Assembly: GCF_000737315.1 (NCBI RefSeq)
Contig: NZ_JMCB01000004.1
Span: 62,001-126,000 of the forward strand
Length of the DNA: 64,000 nt
Origin: Hyalangium minutum
Lineage (GTDB): Bacteria; Myxococcota; Myxococcia; Myxococcales; Myxococcaceae
Direction of reading: 5' to 3'
The notes under the pieces are model-generated. The model made no database searches and had not been told where the DNA came from. It was given only the letters and a program-made list of their open reading frames with translations. This document shows positions 19,780-30,004 of the stretch, piece after piece. Position 1 is the first letter of the stretch. Each line of letters starts with the position of its first letter. Both the position numbers and the translations under genes were made by a program.

Positions 19780-21108
19780 CTAAAGGCGTTGGCCTTGGAA
19801 CGGGAGGGTGATGTGATACCCATACCGCCCTCGGCGTACGAGCAACAAGACGCTACGCCCCCGTCTCGCCGTCAGCAGGGCCTCTCGGAAGCTCTCCGAG
19901 TCAGGGGTTGGCTGGTTGTTTACCCTCAGCACCACGTCCCCTAGCTCCAACCCTACTTCCTGGGCTACGGAGCCCGGCCGCACGCCCGAGACGGTCAACC
20001 CGCCCCGGGCCTCTTTCATTTTCAGTCCCAACCTTTCCCAGGCCAGGGACTCGACCAGCCGAGGGGGAAACTCCACGGGCGTCACCTGGAGTGTGCGCAG
20101 GTTTCCATCCCGGAAGAGCACCAGTGGGAATGGAGAGCGGGCCGGGTAGCCACGCGCGCGCGTGTCGAAGTCCTCCGAGTCATTGATGCGCGAGCCGCCC
20201 ATCTCCGCCACCACGTCCCCTCGGCGGACTCCTGCCTGCTCGGCCGGGCTGCCAGGCTCTACGTTGTCCACCAGGGCCCCGTACGAGCGATCCCAGCCCA
20301 GCTGCGAGGCGACTTGCACCGGCAGATCCACCGTGTCGATGCCCACCCACGCCGGGCGCACCTTCCCGAAGCGGGTCAGCTCGTCGACGATGCGCCGCAC
20401 CTTGTCCGCGGGGATCGCGAAGCCAATGCCTTGCCCACCCGCGAAGATCGCCGTGTTGATGCCGATGATCTCGCTGTCCACGTTGAGCAGCGGGCCGCCC
20501 GAGTTGCCCGGGTTGATCGCCGCGTCCGTCTGCAAGAAGTCGTTGTAGACGGTGCCGTCCTCGGCGCGGAACGTGCGCCCCGTGGCGGACACCACGCCCG
20601 CTGTCACCGTCTTCGCCAGGCCAAACGGGCTGCCAATGGCAATCACCGTCTCGCCGATCATCAGATCCGCGCTCGTGCCCAGCTTTGCCGTGGGCAGCGG
20701 CTGCTTGGCGCTCACGCGCAGCACCGCCAGATCGTTCGTCGAGTCGCTGCCCAGCACCTCCGCCTCTAGCGTGCGCCCATCCGCCAGCACCACGTGGATC
20801 GCCGAGGCCCCGCGAATCACATGATCATTCGTGACGATGATGCCCGAGGCGTCGATGATCGCCCCGCTGCCCAGCCCCTGCACCCGCCGCCGCTGCTCGC
20901 GGCCGCCTCCGAAGAAGTCCTCCATGAACGAGCGCCGGCCCCGGAAGCGAGACTCCACGTCCTGCTCCGTGCCGATGTAGACGACCGCGGGAGAGACTTT
21001 CTGGACCACCTCGACGATGGCGTCACGGCGCCGGGCCATGTCCGCTTGCGCGCTGGAGGCCACCATCAACGTCATCAGCAACCACCACTTCATACCTGCG
21101 AGCCTCAT
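19780..21108 (-). CDS. HtrA/DegP-family serine protease with two PDZ domains (alternative start 21093)
   Basis: Triad motifs TNDHVI, NDLAVL, INPGNSGGPL; signal peptide; two PDZ repeats. Confidence 0.95.
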   Translation of the reverse strand: MRLAGMKWWLLMTLMVASSAQADMARRRDAIVEVVQKVSPAVVYIGTEQDVESRFRGRRSFMEDFFGGGREQRRRVQGLGSGAIIDASGIIVTNDHVIRGASAIHVVLADGRTLEAEVLGSDSTNDLAVLRVSAKQPLPTAKLGTSADLMIGETVIAIGSPFGLAKTVTAGVVSATGRTFRAEDGTVYNDFLQTDAAINPGNSGGPLLNVDSEIIGINTAIFAGGQGIGFAIPADKVRRIVDELTRFGKVRPAWVGIDTVDLPVQVASQLGWDRSYGALVDNVEPGSPAEQAGVRRGDVVAEMGGSRINDSEDFDTRARGYPARSPFPLVLFRDGNLRTLQVTPVEFPPRLVESLAWERLGLKMKEARGGLTVSGVRPGSVAQEVGLELGDVVLRVNNQPTPDSESFREALLTARRGRSVLLLVRRGRYGYHITLPFQGQRL

Positions 21109-21280
21109 TCCATACCTTCCTTGACACCTCAGGTGTCGAGCGAGCGACGGCAGGACTGTCGGGAACTCCGCAGCATTCCCGGCACCGTCTGGATGCGGTG
21201 TGCGGCTCTTTAATAGATCAAGTGGGTCGGCCAGGGGTGGCTCGAAGGGCTTGTTCCCCTGGCGTCGAGGAGTGCGAGTC

Positions 21281-22303
21281 ATGAGTCTCGTGCTGGTGGC
21301 GGACGATGAGCCAGCGGTGCTCGAGGTATTGAGCCAGGTGGTCGAAGATCTGGGGCACGACGTGCTCCTGGCGCGGGATGGAGAGGAGGCCTTCGGGCTG
21401 GCACGCGCCAAGCGGCCGCAGCTCGTGGTGACGGACCACATGATGCCGCGGCTGAGCGGGCTGGAGCTGTGCCGCAAGCTGAAGGGCGATCAGGCCCTCA
21501 AGGACGTGCCCGTCATTCTCTTGAGCGCGGTGCTGCCCCAGGGCGTGCCGGAGGCCGCGGCCTTCCTGCACAAGCCCTTCGAGATTACGGACTTCGAGGC
21601 GGTCATCCGCCAGTCGCTGGGGCACGTGCCGGAGCAGCGCCTGTCTCCGGATGCTCCGCCGGTGGAGGCGCTGGGGCACTGGATGGCGCACACGCTCCAG
21701 GGGCCGCTGGCGGCGGCGCGCGAGCAGCTGCAGCGGCTGCAGGTGGCGCCCATGGTGGATCAGCAGGTGGTGGAGGCGCTGGGCACGCACCTGCGTTACA
21801 TGGAGTTCCTGAGCCGGAGCCTCCAGGAGGCCGCGCGGCTAACGGCCGGGAGCGTGACGCTGCACCCGGTCTCCGGTGATCTTTCGCAGCACCTGCGGCG
21901 CGTCGTGGAGGCGTGGCAGGCGCAGGCGCCCGCAGTGCCCATCCAGCTCCAGGGGCCCGGAGAGCCGGTGGAACTGCGCTTCGATCCTGAGCGCATCCGC
22001 CAAGTGTTCGACGGGCTGCTGGCGAACGCGGTGCACCATGGGGGGGGCCGCGGGGCGGTGAGAGTGGAGCTGACCGCCTCGCAGTCGCTGGTGACGGTGC
22101 GGGTGCGGGACGAGGGCCCGGGTCTCACGGACCACGAGCTGCCCCGGCTGTTCACGCCGTTCCAGGTGCGGACGGACGATGGCGGCACGGGGCTGGGGCT
22201 CTACATCGCCTCGGAGCTGGCGAGGCTGCACGGCGGGGCGCTGTCGGTGGAGACCCAGTTGAACAAGGGCTCCACGTTCAGCCTGCTGCTGCCGCGCGGC
22301 TGA
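21281..22303 (+). CDS. Cytoplasmic hybrid REC-histidine kinase
   Basis: LVLVADDE...VVTDHMMP...FLHKP; H box AHTLQGPL; DEGPGL; GTGLGLYI. Confidence 0.88.
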   Translation: MSLVLVADDEPAVLEVLSQVVEDLGHDVLLARDGEEAFGLARAKRPQLVVTDHMMPRLSGLELCRKLKGDQALKDVPVILLSAVLPQGVPEAAAFLHKPFEITDFEAVIRQSLGHVPEQRLSPDAPPVEALGHWMAHTLQGPLAAAREQLQRLQVAPMVDQQVVEALGTHLRYMEFLSRSLQEAARLTAGSVTLHPVSGDLSQHLRRVVEAWQAQAPAVPIQLQGPGEPVELRFDPERIRQVFDGLLANAVHHGGGRGAVRVELTASQSLVTVRVRDEGPGLTDHELPRLFTPFQVRTDDGGTGLGLYIASELARLHGGALSVETQLNKGSTFSLLLPRG

Positions 22304-23341
22304 TCAGGCGCGCTGGGACTTCAGCATCCAGCCGATCATCTTGTAGAGCAGCCGCGCACCCACGTTGCCGTCCCACTCGCCGCCATCGGGATCGGGGGCG
22401 ACCTCGGTCAAATCGAAGCCGACGATGGTGCGCCCCGAGCGGACCACGCCGGCAATGAGTGCCGTGGCCTGAGGGAAGGAGAGGCCGCCAGGCACGGGCG
22501 TGCCGGTGTGCGGGCAGAGCACGGGATCCAGACCGTCGATGTCGAACGAGAGGTACACCTGTTGCGGGAGGTGGGCGACGAGTTCATCCACCAACCGGTT
22601 CCAGGGCATGCCGTCGAACTGCCTCTGCTGGAGCGTGGAGTCGAAGTAGGAGCGGATGCGGCCGTTGGAGAGCTCGATGACCTGGTTCTCCTCCTCGCTC
22701 ATGTCGCGCACGGCTACCTGGACGAGCGACTTCACGCCCGGCAGGCGCTGTACCACGTTGTACATGATGGAGGCGTGGGACCAGGTGAAGCCCTCGTAGG
22801 CGTTGCGCAGGTCCGCGTGCGCATCGAGGTGGAGCACTCCGAGCCCCGGGTACTTCTCGGCGTGGGCCTGGATGGAGCCGTAGGAGATGGAGTGGTCCCC
22901 GCCGATGGAGCCCACGCGCTTGCCCTGGTCGAGCCAGTGCTGGGTGGTGCGGTAGACGTAGTCGTTCATCTTCTCGGAGAGCGCGTTGACCTCGTTGGCG
23001 GCGGCGCGGAGCTCGGGCTGGTCGGCGTGGACGCCTCCGGCCTCGATGACGAGCTGGGCGCGCTCCTTGGCGCGGGTATTCCAGGCGCGGAGATCCTCGG
23101 ACTCGGGGAGCATGGCGATGCCGCGCTCATAGGGGCGGCCGGTCTCCACGTCGAAGAGGTCGACCTGGCGGCTGGCATTGAGGACGGCGCTGGGGCCCTC
23201 GGAGGTGCCGCCGCCGTAGCTGGTGGTGGCCTCGAAGGGGACGGGGACGAGGACGACATGGGCCTCGTCGGGAGAGTGGGGGAGGCCGAAGATGCCGGAA
23301 TCAGGGGAGGCGGCGGCGCCGGGGTCGAAGTGGGTAGCCAT
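22304..23341 (-). CDS. speB: Agmatinase / ureohydrolase
   Basis: GGDHS, HLDAHADLR, SFDIDGLDP, PHTGTPVPGG metal-binding motifs. Confidence 0.9.
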   Translation of the reverse strand: MATHFDPGAAASPDSGIFGLPHSPDEAHVVLVPVPFEATTSYGGGTSEGPSAVLNASRQVDLFDVETGRPYERGIAMLPESEDLRAWNTRAKERAQLVIEAGGVHADQPELRAAANEVNALSEKMNDYVYRTTQHWLDQGKRVGSIGGDHSISYGSIQAHAEKYPGLGVLHLDAHADLRNAYEGFTWSHASIMYNVVQRLPGVKSLVQVAVRDMSEEENQVIELSNGRIRSYFDSTLQQRQFDGMPWNRLVDELVAHLPQQVYLSFDIDGLDPVLCPHTGTPVPGGLSFPQATALIAGVVRSGRTIVGFDLTEVAPDPDGGEWDGNVGARLLYKMIGWMLKSQRA

Positions 23342-23469
23342 GGCGCGGCGCAGGATATGGAGTCAGCCGGGGTTGGCAATGGCCTTCGGTCGGCGCTCGA
23401 ACGGGTCCTTGCTGCGTGGGTAGACTGGCTCACTCTGCGGAAGGGCGCAGACCGAGGGGGAGTCCACAT

Positions 23470-23937
23470 ATGCGAGAGGCTGTGAAGCGGTTTGGCTGGG
23501 GGCTTGTGTTGGGTGCGGCGCTGGTGGGGTGTGGAGGGGATGAGGAGGAAGCTCCCGTCATCCAGACGATGCGGGTGGTGGAGCACGCGAGCACGGATGC
23601 CGTCACCGACAATTCGCCCCCGGGAGACTCCGTGGGGGACGTGCTGACCTTCGCGAACGAGCTGTACGACGAGACGAACACGCGGAAGGTGGGCACAAAC
23701 CAGGGCTACTGCGTGCGGGTGGTGGCGGGGCAGGCCTGGGAGTGTCTGTGGACCGCTTTCCTGGAGGGCGGGCAAATCTCGGTGGAGGGCCCCTTCTACG
23801 ATGTGAAGGGGTCCACCCTGTCCATCACGGGCGGCACCGGGAACTTCAATGGCGCCCGTGGGCAGATGCAGCTGGAGTTCCGCAACCCGCAGGGCACGGA
23901 GTTCGACTTCATCTACCAGGTCCTGCTGGACCGCTGA
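23470..23937 (+). CDS. Lipoprotein with allene oxide cyclase / dirigent-like beta-barrel
   Basis: Lipobox LVG-C; GDVLTFANELY, GYC, ISVEGPF, LSITGGTGNFNGARGQ resemble plant AOC motifs. Confidence 0.75.
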   Translation: MREAVKRFGWGLVLGAALVGCGGDEEEAPVIQTMRVVEHASTDAVTDNSPPGDSVGDVLTFANELYDETNTRKVGTNQGYCVRVVAGQAWECLWTAFLEGGQISVEGPFYDVKGSTLSITGGTGNFNGARGQMQLEFRNPQGTEFDFIYQVLLDR

Positions 23938-23955
23938 GGTGAAGGCGCTGTGGGC

Positions 23956-26760
23956 TCAGGGGCCGAAGCCCACCACCAGGGCCGGCGTGGTGCGGTAGAG
24001 GTACCCGCCGTTGCCCAGCTGGCCCAGCCAGTTGTTGCCCCACACCGACAGCGTGCCGGTCTGGCTCAGCGTCATCGAGGACAGGTTGCCCGCGATGACC
24101 TTTTGCACGCCACTCACCCCCGTGAGCTGCTTGATCGTCGTGCCGGGGATGGTCGTCCCCGCGCCCGCCTGGCTCTGGGAGTTGCTGCCCCAGCCCCACG
24201 CCGTGCCGTCCGTCTTCACCGCCAGCGTGTGGCTCGAGCCCGCGGACACCCCCGCCACGCTGCTCAGGGCCGTCACCCGCACCGGCGTGCTGCGCGAGGT
24301 GTACGTGCCGTCCCCCAGCTGGCCCGAGCCGTTGTTCCCCCACACCCAGAGCGTCCCGTCGCTCTTGACCGCCAGCGAGTGGTCGTCTCCCGCTGCCACC
24401 GCCACCACGCCCGTCATCCCCGGCACCTGCACCGGCGACGTGCGGCGCGTGGTCGTCCCATCTCCCAGCTGGCCGTAGTCATTGCGTCCCCACGCCCACA
24501 CCGTGCCGTCCGACTTCAGCACCAACGTGTGCGCATAGCCCGCCGCCATCGCCGCCACGTTCGTCATCCCCGGCACCAGCACCGGCGAATAGCGCTGAGT
24601 CGTCGTACCGTCCCCCAGTTGTCCGTAGATGTTGCCGCCCCACGCCCACATCGTCCCGTCGCTCTTCAGCACCAGCGAGTGGAAGTAGCCTGCCTTGATC
24701 GCCGTCACCCCCGTCAGGTTCGGTACCTGGAGGGGCGAGTAGTGGTACTCGGTGCCATTGAGGGGCCCGATGCCCAGCGAGCCATAGCCTCCATAGCCCC
24801 AGGCCCACACGGTGCCGTCCGCCTTCAACGCCAGCGAGTACATCTGGCCCGCCGCCACCGCCGTCACGCTGCTCAGCCCCGTCACCTGCGCCGGCAGGTT
24901 CTGGGCCGTTTGCGGATGCCCCAGCGGGAATGCGTAGGAGAGGCCCCCGCCCCACGACCAGAGCGTGCCATCCGAGCGCAGCGCCAGCATGTGCCAGTAG
25001 CCCACCGCTGCCGCCGTCACGTTCGTCAGGCCCTGCACCGTCACCGGGGTGGTGGTGTGCACGATCTTCCCATCCCCCAGCTCGTAATCATCGTTGCCGC
25101 CCCAGGCCCAGATCCGCCCGTCCGAGTGCTTCGCCACCGAGTGGGAGCCTCCAGCTGCCACCGCCACCACCCCGCTCAGCCCCACCACCTGCACCGGCGT
25201 GTTGCGCTGGGTGGTCGTCCCATCGCCCAGCTGGCCCAGGTTGTTGCTGCCCCACGTCCACACCGTGCCGTCCGACTTCAGCGCCACCGAGTGGTTGTAC
25301 CCCGTGGCCACCGCCACCACCCCGCTCAGCCCCACCACCTGCACCGGTGTGTTGCGGCTGGTGGTCGTCCCATCGCCCAGCTGGCCCGAGCCGTTGCTGC
25401 CCCAGGCCCACACGGTGCCGTCCGTCTTCAGCGCCAGCGAGTAGCCCATCCCCGCCACCACCGCCTTCACCCCGCTCAGCCCCACCACCTGTCCCGGCGT
25501 GTTGCGGCTGGTGGTCGTCCCATCGCCCAGCTCGCCATTCCAGTTGGAGCCCCAGCTCCACACCGTGCCCGCCGGCGAGGTCACCGCCAGCGTGTGGTAG
25601 TCGCCCGCGTCCGCTGCCACCACGCCGCTCAAGCCCTGCACCTGCGCGGGCAGGGAGCGGGACGTGGTCGTGCCATCCCCCAGCTGGCCGTACATGTTGT
25701 TGCCCCAGATCCACAGCGTCCCGTCACTCTTCACCGCCAGCGAGTGCCTCGAGCCCCCAGCCAGCACAGCCACCGAGCTCAGCCCTACCGCCTGCACCGG
25801 GTTGCCGGGGTAGTTCGTCGTCCCGTCGCCCAGCTGCCCATCGTTGTTGCTGCCCCAGCCCCACACCGTGCCGTCCTGCGTCAGCGCCAGCTGGTGCCCG
25901 CCCCCGGAGGCCAGCGACACCACGCTGCTCAGCCCCCACACCTGCGTCCGCTGGCCGCGGAGGGTGGAGTACCCATCCGTGTAGTCTCCCTGGTTGCTGC
26001 CCCACGTCCACACCGTGCCATCCGCCGCGATGCTCAGCGACAGCCGATCACCACTGCTCACGGTGGCCCGGCTCGAGGTGGGAGGCGGCGGAGGCGTGGC
26101 GGTCCCTACCTCGAAGACCAGGTCGTCGCGATCATCGTAGCCCCCGGAGGTGCAAGGGGCGGCCGTCCCCGAGTACCGGAACGAGGCGCGCACCGCCTGC
26201 ATGCTGCCGCCGGTCGAGGGCAGGGTGGTGTTGGCCACCAGCACCTGCGTCCCCGCTCCAGACGGCACCAGCGTGGTGACGAAGGTCCACGACGGGTTGC
26301 TCGCGTCCGCCGCCACGTAGATGTCCAGGTAGTCCGAGCTGTAGCCGGAATACGCCCAGACGGTGGCCTCCACCGTGACCGCCTTGCCCGGCGCCAGGGC
26401 CGTGCCGTCCACCGTGGAGACCTTCAGCCGATCCAGCGACTCATCCGAGTGGAACATGCCCGAGGGGCCGTCCGCACAGCTGCCGCCCAGCGTGTTGGGG
26501 GCATGGGACTCTGGGCCGACTGAACCGCGGCCCAGTACCAACGACGGCCCCGTGTCACAGCCCGAAGCTCCCGCGGTGCACTTGGGCGCCTGGAGCGCCG
26601 GATCGTAGCTCGCCGTCTGCACCAGGGCCGCCGAGGCCGTGGCGGCCTGGAGGGGGCTGACCGGCGCCTGCTCCGCTGCCGTCCCGAGCTCTGCTCCACA
26701 GCCGCTCGCCAGCGCTCCCAGCAGCAGCCACAGTGTTCTCGCACTCTTCGCTGTCCGCAT
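23956..26760 (-). CDS. RCC1-repeat lipoprotein with N-terminal myxobacterial accessory domain
   Basis: Lipobox ASG-C; ~14 repeats of [21 protein letters not shown]. Confidence 0.93.
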   Translation of the reverse strand: MRTAKSARTLWLLLGALASGCGAELGTAAEQAPVSPLQAATASAALVQTASYDPALQAPKCTAGASGCDTGPSLVLGRGSVGPESHAPNTLGGSCADGPSGMFHSDESLDRLKVSTVDGTALAPGKAVTVEATVWAYSGYSSDYLDIYVAADASNPSWTFVTTLVPSGAGTQVLVANTTLPSTGGSMQAVRASFRYSGTAAPCTSGGYDDRDDLVFEVGTATPPPPPTSSRATVSSGDRLSLSIAADGTVWTWGSNQGDYTDGYSTLRGQRTQVWGLSSVVSLASGGGHQLALTQDGTVWGWGSNNDGQLGDGTTNYPGNPVQAVGLSSVAVLAGGSRHSLAVKSDGTLWIWGNNMYGQLGDGTTTSRSLPAQVQGLSGVVAADAGDYHTLAVTSPAGTVWSWGSNWNGELGDGTTTSRNTPGQVVGLSGVKAVVAGMGYSLALKTDGTVWAWGSNGSGQLGDGTTTSRNTPVQVVGLSGVVAVATGYNHSVALKSDGTVWTWGSNNLGQLGDGTTTQRNTPVQVVGLSGVVAVAAGGSHSVAKHSDGRIWAWGGNDDYELGDGKIVHTTTPVTVQGLTNVTAAAVGYWHMLALRSDGTLWSWGGGLSYAFPLGHPQTAQNLPAQVTGLSSVTAVAAGQMYSLALKADGTVWAWGYGGYGSLGIGPLNGTEYHYSPLQVPNLTGVTAIKAGYFHSLVLKSDGTMWAWGGNIYGQLGDGTTTQRYSPVLVPGMTNVAAMAAGYAHTLVLKSDGTVWAWGRNDYGQLGDGTTTRRTSPVQVPGMTGVVAVAAGDDHSLAVKSDGTLWVWGNNGSGQLGDGTYTSRSTPVRVTALSSVAGVSAGSSHTLAVKTDGTAWGWGSNSQSQAGAGTTIPGTTIKQLTGVSGVQKVIAGNLSSMTLSQTGTLSVWGNNWLGQLGNGGYLYRTTPALVVGFGP
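25158..25570. repeat. Three near-identical 150-bp intragenic tandem repeats (RCC1 units)
   Basis: CCGCC..CACCCCGCTCAGCCCCACCACCTG recurs at 25161, 25311, 25461. Confidence 0.85.
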
Positions 26761-26909
26761 CCGTTTTGCTCCCTTTTCGAGCACACGCTTTGAACGTGCT
26801 TACCGGTGAAAAACGGTAAAAAACGTACTTCTCGCGAAGTCCGCCAGTAATGAAATTATCTGATAGACTTGGAGTGTGGGTGAGGTGAGGAATCGCTGGG
26901 AGGAAGGAC

Positions 26910-27899
26910 TCACTCCCAGTGCAGGACTACCTTGCCCACAGCCTCGTTGCTCGCCATGCGCGTGAGCGCGTCCCGGAGGTCCGTCATCGGCACCACGGCG
27001 TCGATGACGGGCTTCAGCGCTCCCGAGCGGAACAGCGGGAGCAAGTGACGCTCCGCCGCTTGGGCCAGGGCGATCTTCTCCTCCAGCGGACGGCTGCGCA
27101 GCACCGTGCCGGTAATCCGCAGGCGCTTCATCAGGATCAGCCCCAGGTTCACCTGCGTCTTGTTGCCCGCCACCAGCCCCACGAGCATCGCCCGGCCCTG
27201 CGGTGCCAGCGCCTCCAGCGTCTCCGGGACGTAGTCCCCGCCCACGAGATCCAACGCCACGTCCGCGCCTCGGCCTCCCGTGGCCTTCTTCACGGCCTCG
27301 GCGAAGCGGGGTGGGGTGCCGTCCACATGCACCGTGTGCTCCACGCCCCACTCGCGGGCTCGCTCCAGCTTCTTCGCGTTGCGCCCCGTGCCCACCACCT
27401 GCACACCCATCGCCCGGCACAGCTGCGCCGCTGCCGAGCCCACGCCACTCGCCACCGCGTGCACCAGCGCTGTCTCGCCCGGCCGCATGCCTCCTTGCAG
27501 CACCAGCGCGTCGAACGCCGTCAGGTACACCTCCGGTAGCGCTGCTGCGTCCGTGAAGTCCATGCCTTCGGGCATGGGCAGCGCCTCACGCTCGTGGACT
27601 GTGAGCTGCTCCGCCCAGGCCCCGCCTCCCACCAGTCCCATCACCCGATCCCCAGGCTTGAAGCGGCGGCACCGAGGCCCCACCGCGAGCACCTCGCCCG
27701 CGTACTCCAGGCCCGGAACGTCCGGCGGCACATCCGGCGGAGCCGCGTAGTGCCCCTTCACCTGCAACAGGTCCGCCCGGTTGAGTGCCGTGGCTCGAAC
27801 CCTGACGAGCAATTCCGAGGGCCCCGGTGTCAGATCCGGACGATCTTCCAGCGAGAGGACCTCGGGACCGCCTGCGCCTGTGGTGCGGAAGACTTTCAT
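26910..27899 (-). CDS. NAD(P)H-quinone oxidoreductase (PIG3/MDR family)
   Basis: ALNRADL, PGLEYAGEV, LVHAVASGVG, GKVVL. Confidence 0.92.
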   Translation of the reverse strand: MKVFRTTGAGGPEVLSLEDRPDLTPGPSELLVRVRATALNRADLLQVKGHYAAPPDVPPDVPGLEYAGEVLAVGPRCRRFKPGDRVMGLVGGGAWAEQLTVHEREALPMPEGMDFTDAAALPEVYLTAFDALVLQGGMRPGETALVHAVASGVGSAAAQLCRAMGVQVVGTGRNAKKLERAREWGVEHTVHVDGTPPRFAEAVKKATGGRGADVALDLVGGDYVPETLEALAPQGRAMLVGLVAGNKTQVNLGLILMKRLRITGTVLRSRPLEEKIALAQAAERHLLPLFRSGALKPVIDAVVPMTDLRDALTRMASNEAVGKVVLHWE

Positions 27900-27911
27900 G
27901 CGTGCCTCGCT

Positions 27912-29039
27912 TCAGCCGTTCCATTCCGTGTAGTGCGTCGTCGCCTCGCCCATCGCCAGCCCGTGCCGCCGCGCCACCTGGAACATGTGGGGAAACGCCG
28001 CCAGCTGATACCAGAACGGCTTCTGATCTTCCCTCCGCCAGAGTGAGTCGCGTGCGGCGCTGAACGCTTGCCACCACTCGCGCAGCTCCCGCCACGAGCG
28101 CAGCCGAGGCAGCGCCGCCGTCCACATGAGCATGCCCAACATCACCGGCTTCTCCAGATCGGGCTCGGCGATTCCCTCGCCGAACATCGCCCGCCCGAGC
28201 CTCCCATCCTCCGGGAACAGGAGCATGCCGCTCGTCATCCGGGGATTGCACTCCAGCGCGTACAGCGCTCCGCTCGCCGTCTCGATGAAGTCAAACCCGA
28301 GGCTCCCCGTGAAGCCCGTGCCCTCCAGGAAGCGCAGCACCCAGTCGCGGCTGCCCGCGTGGGCGATGGGCTCGTAATAGAACCCGGGCCCTCCCGGGAA
28401 CCGATACCGCGGCTGGTAGCAAACATGCGCCACCAGCGCTCCCTCCCAGACGAGGCTGGAGGTGCACAGCTCGGTGCCCTCGATGAACTGCTGGGCCAGC
28501 AGGCGCTGCTGGAAATCGAGCCCCCTCCGCGAAGCTCCCGCCTGCAGCAGCCGCGTCTTCTGTCCGAAGCGCGTGAACGCAGGCTTCACGATGAGCCGGC
28601 CGTGCTCCCGCAGGAGCGCCTCCAACTGCGAAGGGCCCTCCAGGGGCCACGTCTTCGGCGCGGGCAGGCCTCGGGCGGACAACCGCTGGTTGAACGCCCA
28701 CTTGTCATGCCACTCCGCGAGCTGCTCGAAGCGGCCCGCCACCACGAGGCAGCGCTCCCTCAGCCGCTCCCAGTGCCGCGCCACATAGAGGACCTCCTCC
28801 CCCGTGGGCACGAGCGCATCCACCCCATGCTCCTCGATGAGCGAGAGCAAGCGTTGGATGAACGCCTCCTCCTCGAAGCGAGGCGAGGGAATCTGGAACG
28901 TCCTCGCCACGTCCCGCGAGTGCCGCATCGGGTACGTCGGGAAGGTGTCGCAGACGAACACCTCGTGTCCCGCCCGCTTCAGCTGCCGCACCGCCCCAAG
29001 CGCGGGGATTCCTCGGGCTCCGGTCAGCAGGACTCTCAC
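27912..29039 (-). CDS. ATP-grasp domain enzyme (putative carboxylate-amine ligase)
   Basis: GTG start overlaps the desaturase stop (GTGA); LIVKPAFTRFG, QQFIEGTE, GFDFI, LECNPR. Confidence 0.85.
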   Translation of the reverse strand: MRVLLTGARGIPALGAVRQLKRAGHEVFVCDTFPTYPMRHSRDVARTFQIPSPRFEEEAFIQRLLSLIEEHGVDALVPTGEEVLYVARHWERLRERCLVVAGRFEQLAEWHDKWAFNQRLSARGLPAPKTWPLEGPSQLEALLREHGRLIVKPAFTRFGQKTRLLQAGASRRGLDFQQRLLAQQFIEGTELCTSSLVWEGALVAHVCYQPRYRFPGGPGFYYEPIAHAGSRDWVLRFLEGTGFTGSLGFDFIETASGALYALECNPRMTSGMLLFPEDGRLGRAMFGEGIAEPDLEKPVMLGMLMWTAALPRLRSWRELREWWQAFSAARDSLWRREDQKPFWYQLAAFPHMFQVARRHGLAMGEATTHYTEWNG

Positions 29040-29971
29040 GATGGGTACTGACGCGGAATGTCCTTCAGCGGCTCCGGGCCCGGCTCCTGCGCGGGCATCG
29101 GCCCCGTGGTCCACTGACGGAGGTAGTGAAGGATGTACGAGCGGCGCTGCTCACCCGGCGGAGACAGCGCGGGCAGGTGGAGCCACGACACGTCCGGGTA
29201 CGCGTGGTGGTTGTAGTCCAGCTCGCGGTGCAGGTTGAGCCAGCCATACGGCCACGGCGCCTCCAGGTTGAACGCGCCCTTGATGACGTCCCTCGGCGCG
29301 TACGAGTGCTCCAGGTAGTTCACCCCAGACCAGAGCGCTCCCGCTGCCACGTAGAACAACCCCAGCCGCCCCAGTGACAGCCCGGACAGCACGCTCGCCC
29401 CTGTTATCGCCACGGCGCACAGCAGCAGCTCCGCGCGGATGCGCCCGATGCTGATCTCCGGATGGCGGAAGATGGCCTCCGCGATGTGGAGCTTCTCGGA
29501 CATGCGGCGGAACACCCCCGGCGCCACGAGCAGCAGCAACAGGAACGGAGGGATGACCCAGTACCAGAACCCCACCAGCATCAGGTACCAGGCGATCGTC
29601 CGCCCCACCCGCGAGTGGTGCGGGTAGTACAGGTCGAACATCTCCTGGTCGCTGCGGTTCTTCAGGTGGTGGCTCCAGTGGGTGATGGAGAGCATCGACG
29701 CCGACATCGGGAACAGCAGCCCGCACAGCACCCCCAGCCACCGGTTCCACACCGGATTCGGGTGCAGCTTGAGGTGCGAGGCCTCGTGCATCAGGGCGAA
29801 CTGTGTCTGGAAGAGCAGGGCGTAGGCCCCCACGCACAGGCCCAGCGCCCAGCCGCTCTCCACCCGCGCTCCGAGGAGCAGCAGCCCCACCAGCGCCAAG
29901 AACACGCTCAGCGTCAGGAACGTGTTCAGGCGGTAGGGGATGCTGCGGAAGTCTCTCGGCGCGCTGCTCAT
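29036..29971 (-). CDS. Membrane fatty-acid-desaturase-like protein
   Basis: His boxes HEASH, HWSHH, H...NHHAYP; several TM segments. Confidence 0.87.
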   Translation of the reverse strand: MSSAPRDFRSIPYRLNTFLTLSVFLALVGLLLLGARVESGWALGLCVGAYALLFQTQFALMHEASHLKLHPNPVWNRWLGVLCGLLFPMSASMLSITHWSHHLKNRSDQEMFDLYYPHHSRVGRTIAWYLMLVGFWYWVIPPFLLLLLVAPGVFRRMSEKLHIAEAIFRHPEISIGRIRAELLLCAVAITGASVLSGLSLGRLGLFYVAAGALWSGVNYLEHSYAPRDVIKGAFNLEAPWPYGWLNLHRELDYNHHAYPDVSWLHLPALSPPGEQRRSYILHYLRQWTTGPMPAQEPGPEPLKDIPRQYPS

Positions 29972-30004
29972 ACGGGACCCCAGTATGACCCAAGTGGCTC
30001 GGGG

